Assembly: GCA_943789005.1 (NCBI GenBank)
Contig: CALSSL010000002.1
Location: 27,015-91,014, forward strand
Direction of reading: 5' to 3'
DNA: 64,000 nt
Source of the DNA: an uncultured SAR86 cluster bacterium
GTDB taxonomy: Bacteria > Pseudomonadota > Gammaproteobacteria > Magnimaribacterales > D2472
Part shown: in pieces, positions 62,819-64,000 of the stretch
Layout: every line of letters begins with the position of its first letter
Position numbering within the stretch: the stretch's first letter is position 1
Translations under genes and position numbers: made by a program
The notes under the pieces: model-generated
Seen by the model: the letters and a program-made list of their open reading frames with translations, nothing else
What the model was told of the DNA's origin: nothing
Database searches by the model: none

Positions 62819-63436
62819 TTAAGAGGAAACGATATTTATCGTAGTATTTTTTTGATTTAATAAAAAATATAAAGGGAGTTTTTTATCATTTTTTGCTTGC
62901 TCATAGACCTCTAATTTCTTTTTATTAGGAATTAATAAAAATACATTATTGGATTGAAGAATCATGGATAAATTCATACTAACTCTTTTATGACAAGGAC
63001 TACCCATTGGTTCTGTATGAATTATTTCTGGTGTTGATGAGGGCTCAAAATAGCTAGAATTAGTTTTAATTAATTGTGGAAATAAAGAGGCAAAGTGACC
63101 ATCCTCTCCCATACCCAGCAACATAACATCAAAAGGTCTATTTATATTTAGGATATCTTGAGGAGAATTACATAATGATACAAAATTACTATTACTTGCC
63201 TTATTAATCATTAAATTTTCAAAAACTAATTTTTCATTTGAGTCATTATGAGATTTATCAACCAACCTATCATCAACCAAAGTAATGATAACTCTTGACC
63301 AATCAAGATCTGTTAATGAGAGCTCATTAAATATTTTTACTGGGCTTGAGCCCCCGCTTACAACAAAACTTGCTGTGCCCTTCTCTTTAATAGCAAGTTT
63401 TAGTATATCGAATATTTGTTCTGATAAATTTTTCAT
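62819..63436 (-). CDS. pgl: 6-phosphogluconolactonase
   Basis: VSGGSSP, LVDDR, DSNE, LGMGEDGHFASLFP. Confidence 0.92.
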   Translation of the reverse strand: MKNLSEQIFDILKLAIKEKGTASFVVSGGSSPVKIFNELSLTDLDWSRVIITLVDDRLVDKSHNDSNEKLVFENLMINKASNSNFVSLCNSPQDILNINRPFDVMLLGMGEDGHFASLFPQLIKTNSSYFEPSSTPEIIHTEPMGSPCHKRVSMNLSMILQSNNVFLLIPNKKKLEVYEQAKNDKKLPLYFLLNQKNTTINIVSS

Positions 63437-63438
63437 TC

Positions 63439-64000
63439 TTATATTAGATTAAATGAATTTGCTATTCCGTCTATTACAAATTCAATTGCTAGCGCTCCAA
63501 GAAGTAAACCAAATATCTTTTGGACTACAGTAATAATGGTTGGACCTAATTTTGATGATAACTTTGCAGATAACCACATAGCAATAGTAGCTATAAACAC
63601 TACTATGAGTATTGGTAGGTAAGAAACCAGGCCATCTAAAGCTGAAGCGTAAGATTCTTTTGATATCAATAAACTTGTTGCCATAGCTCCAGGACCTGCT
63701 ATCAAGGGTATAGCTAAAGGAAATATAGCTATTGATTTTATAGTTTCATCATCTATAGCGGTATCAGCTGTATTTTGTCGTCTAATTTGTCTTTGCTCAA
63801 AAACCATCTGAAACGCAATAACAATTAAGAATAGTCCCCCAATTATCTTAAAAGAGTCCATGCTAATATTCATTGCGTCAAGAATGGCATTACCAAATAA
63901 CCAAAAAATAGTAAGAACCACTAAAGATACAAAACTAGCTCGCAAGTAAACAGATTTAACCTGATGTTTATTTAGGCCTGCTGTTAGACCTGCAAAAATA
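63439..64000 (-). CDS. MarC family membrane protein (5' end outside window)
   Basis: FKIIGG, IAIFPLAIPLIAGPGAM, FGLLLGALAIEF; frame open to the window edge. Confidence 0.88.
   Translation of the reverse strand, partial: IFAGLTAGLNKHQVKSVYLRASFVSLVVLTIFWLFGNAILDAMNISMDSFKIIGGLFLIVIAFQMVFEQRQIRRQNTADTAIDDETIKSIAIFPLAIPLIAGPGAMATSLLISKESYASALDGLVSYLPILIVVFIATIAMWLSAKLSSKLGPTIITVVQKIFGLLLGALAIEFVIDGIANSFNLI

Overview
AT-rich, tightly packed chromosomal segment of a streamlined marine Gammaproteobacterium. A SAR86-like identity is inferred from gene content and composition and is not proven. In order, the window holds: the ftsK 5' end, trxB, acuI and an SDR; a sigma54-driven nitrogen locus (TorF-type porin, glnK, amtB, plus a second amtB with its own sigma54 promoter and NtrC-like site); lipid and housekeeping genes; a phosphate region (porin, TetR, pit, ppk2, ppx, a full gspC-M type II secretion operon, phoBR, ggt, gspO, tRNA-Gly, phoD) with two Pho-box arrays; a (6-4) photolyase-like gene; rpmG; and a ~21 kb same-strand run divergent from hexR that links pyruvate dehydrogenase, Entner-Doudoroff enzymes, a Na+/glucose symporter and a beta-1,3-glucan (laminarin) set (GH3, GH149, 2x GH17, a GH2/GH158-like enzyme, GPH transporter). 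Elements absent from the ORF track include four small ORFs with good ribosome-binding sites, one of them behind a promoter covered by four Pho boxes upstream of the T2SS operon, and three candidate structured RNAs with CU-rich unpaired segments. About eleven genes are split by single-base indels, most likely long-read assembly errors. No CRISPR, rRNA or mobile element was seen.
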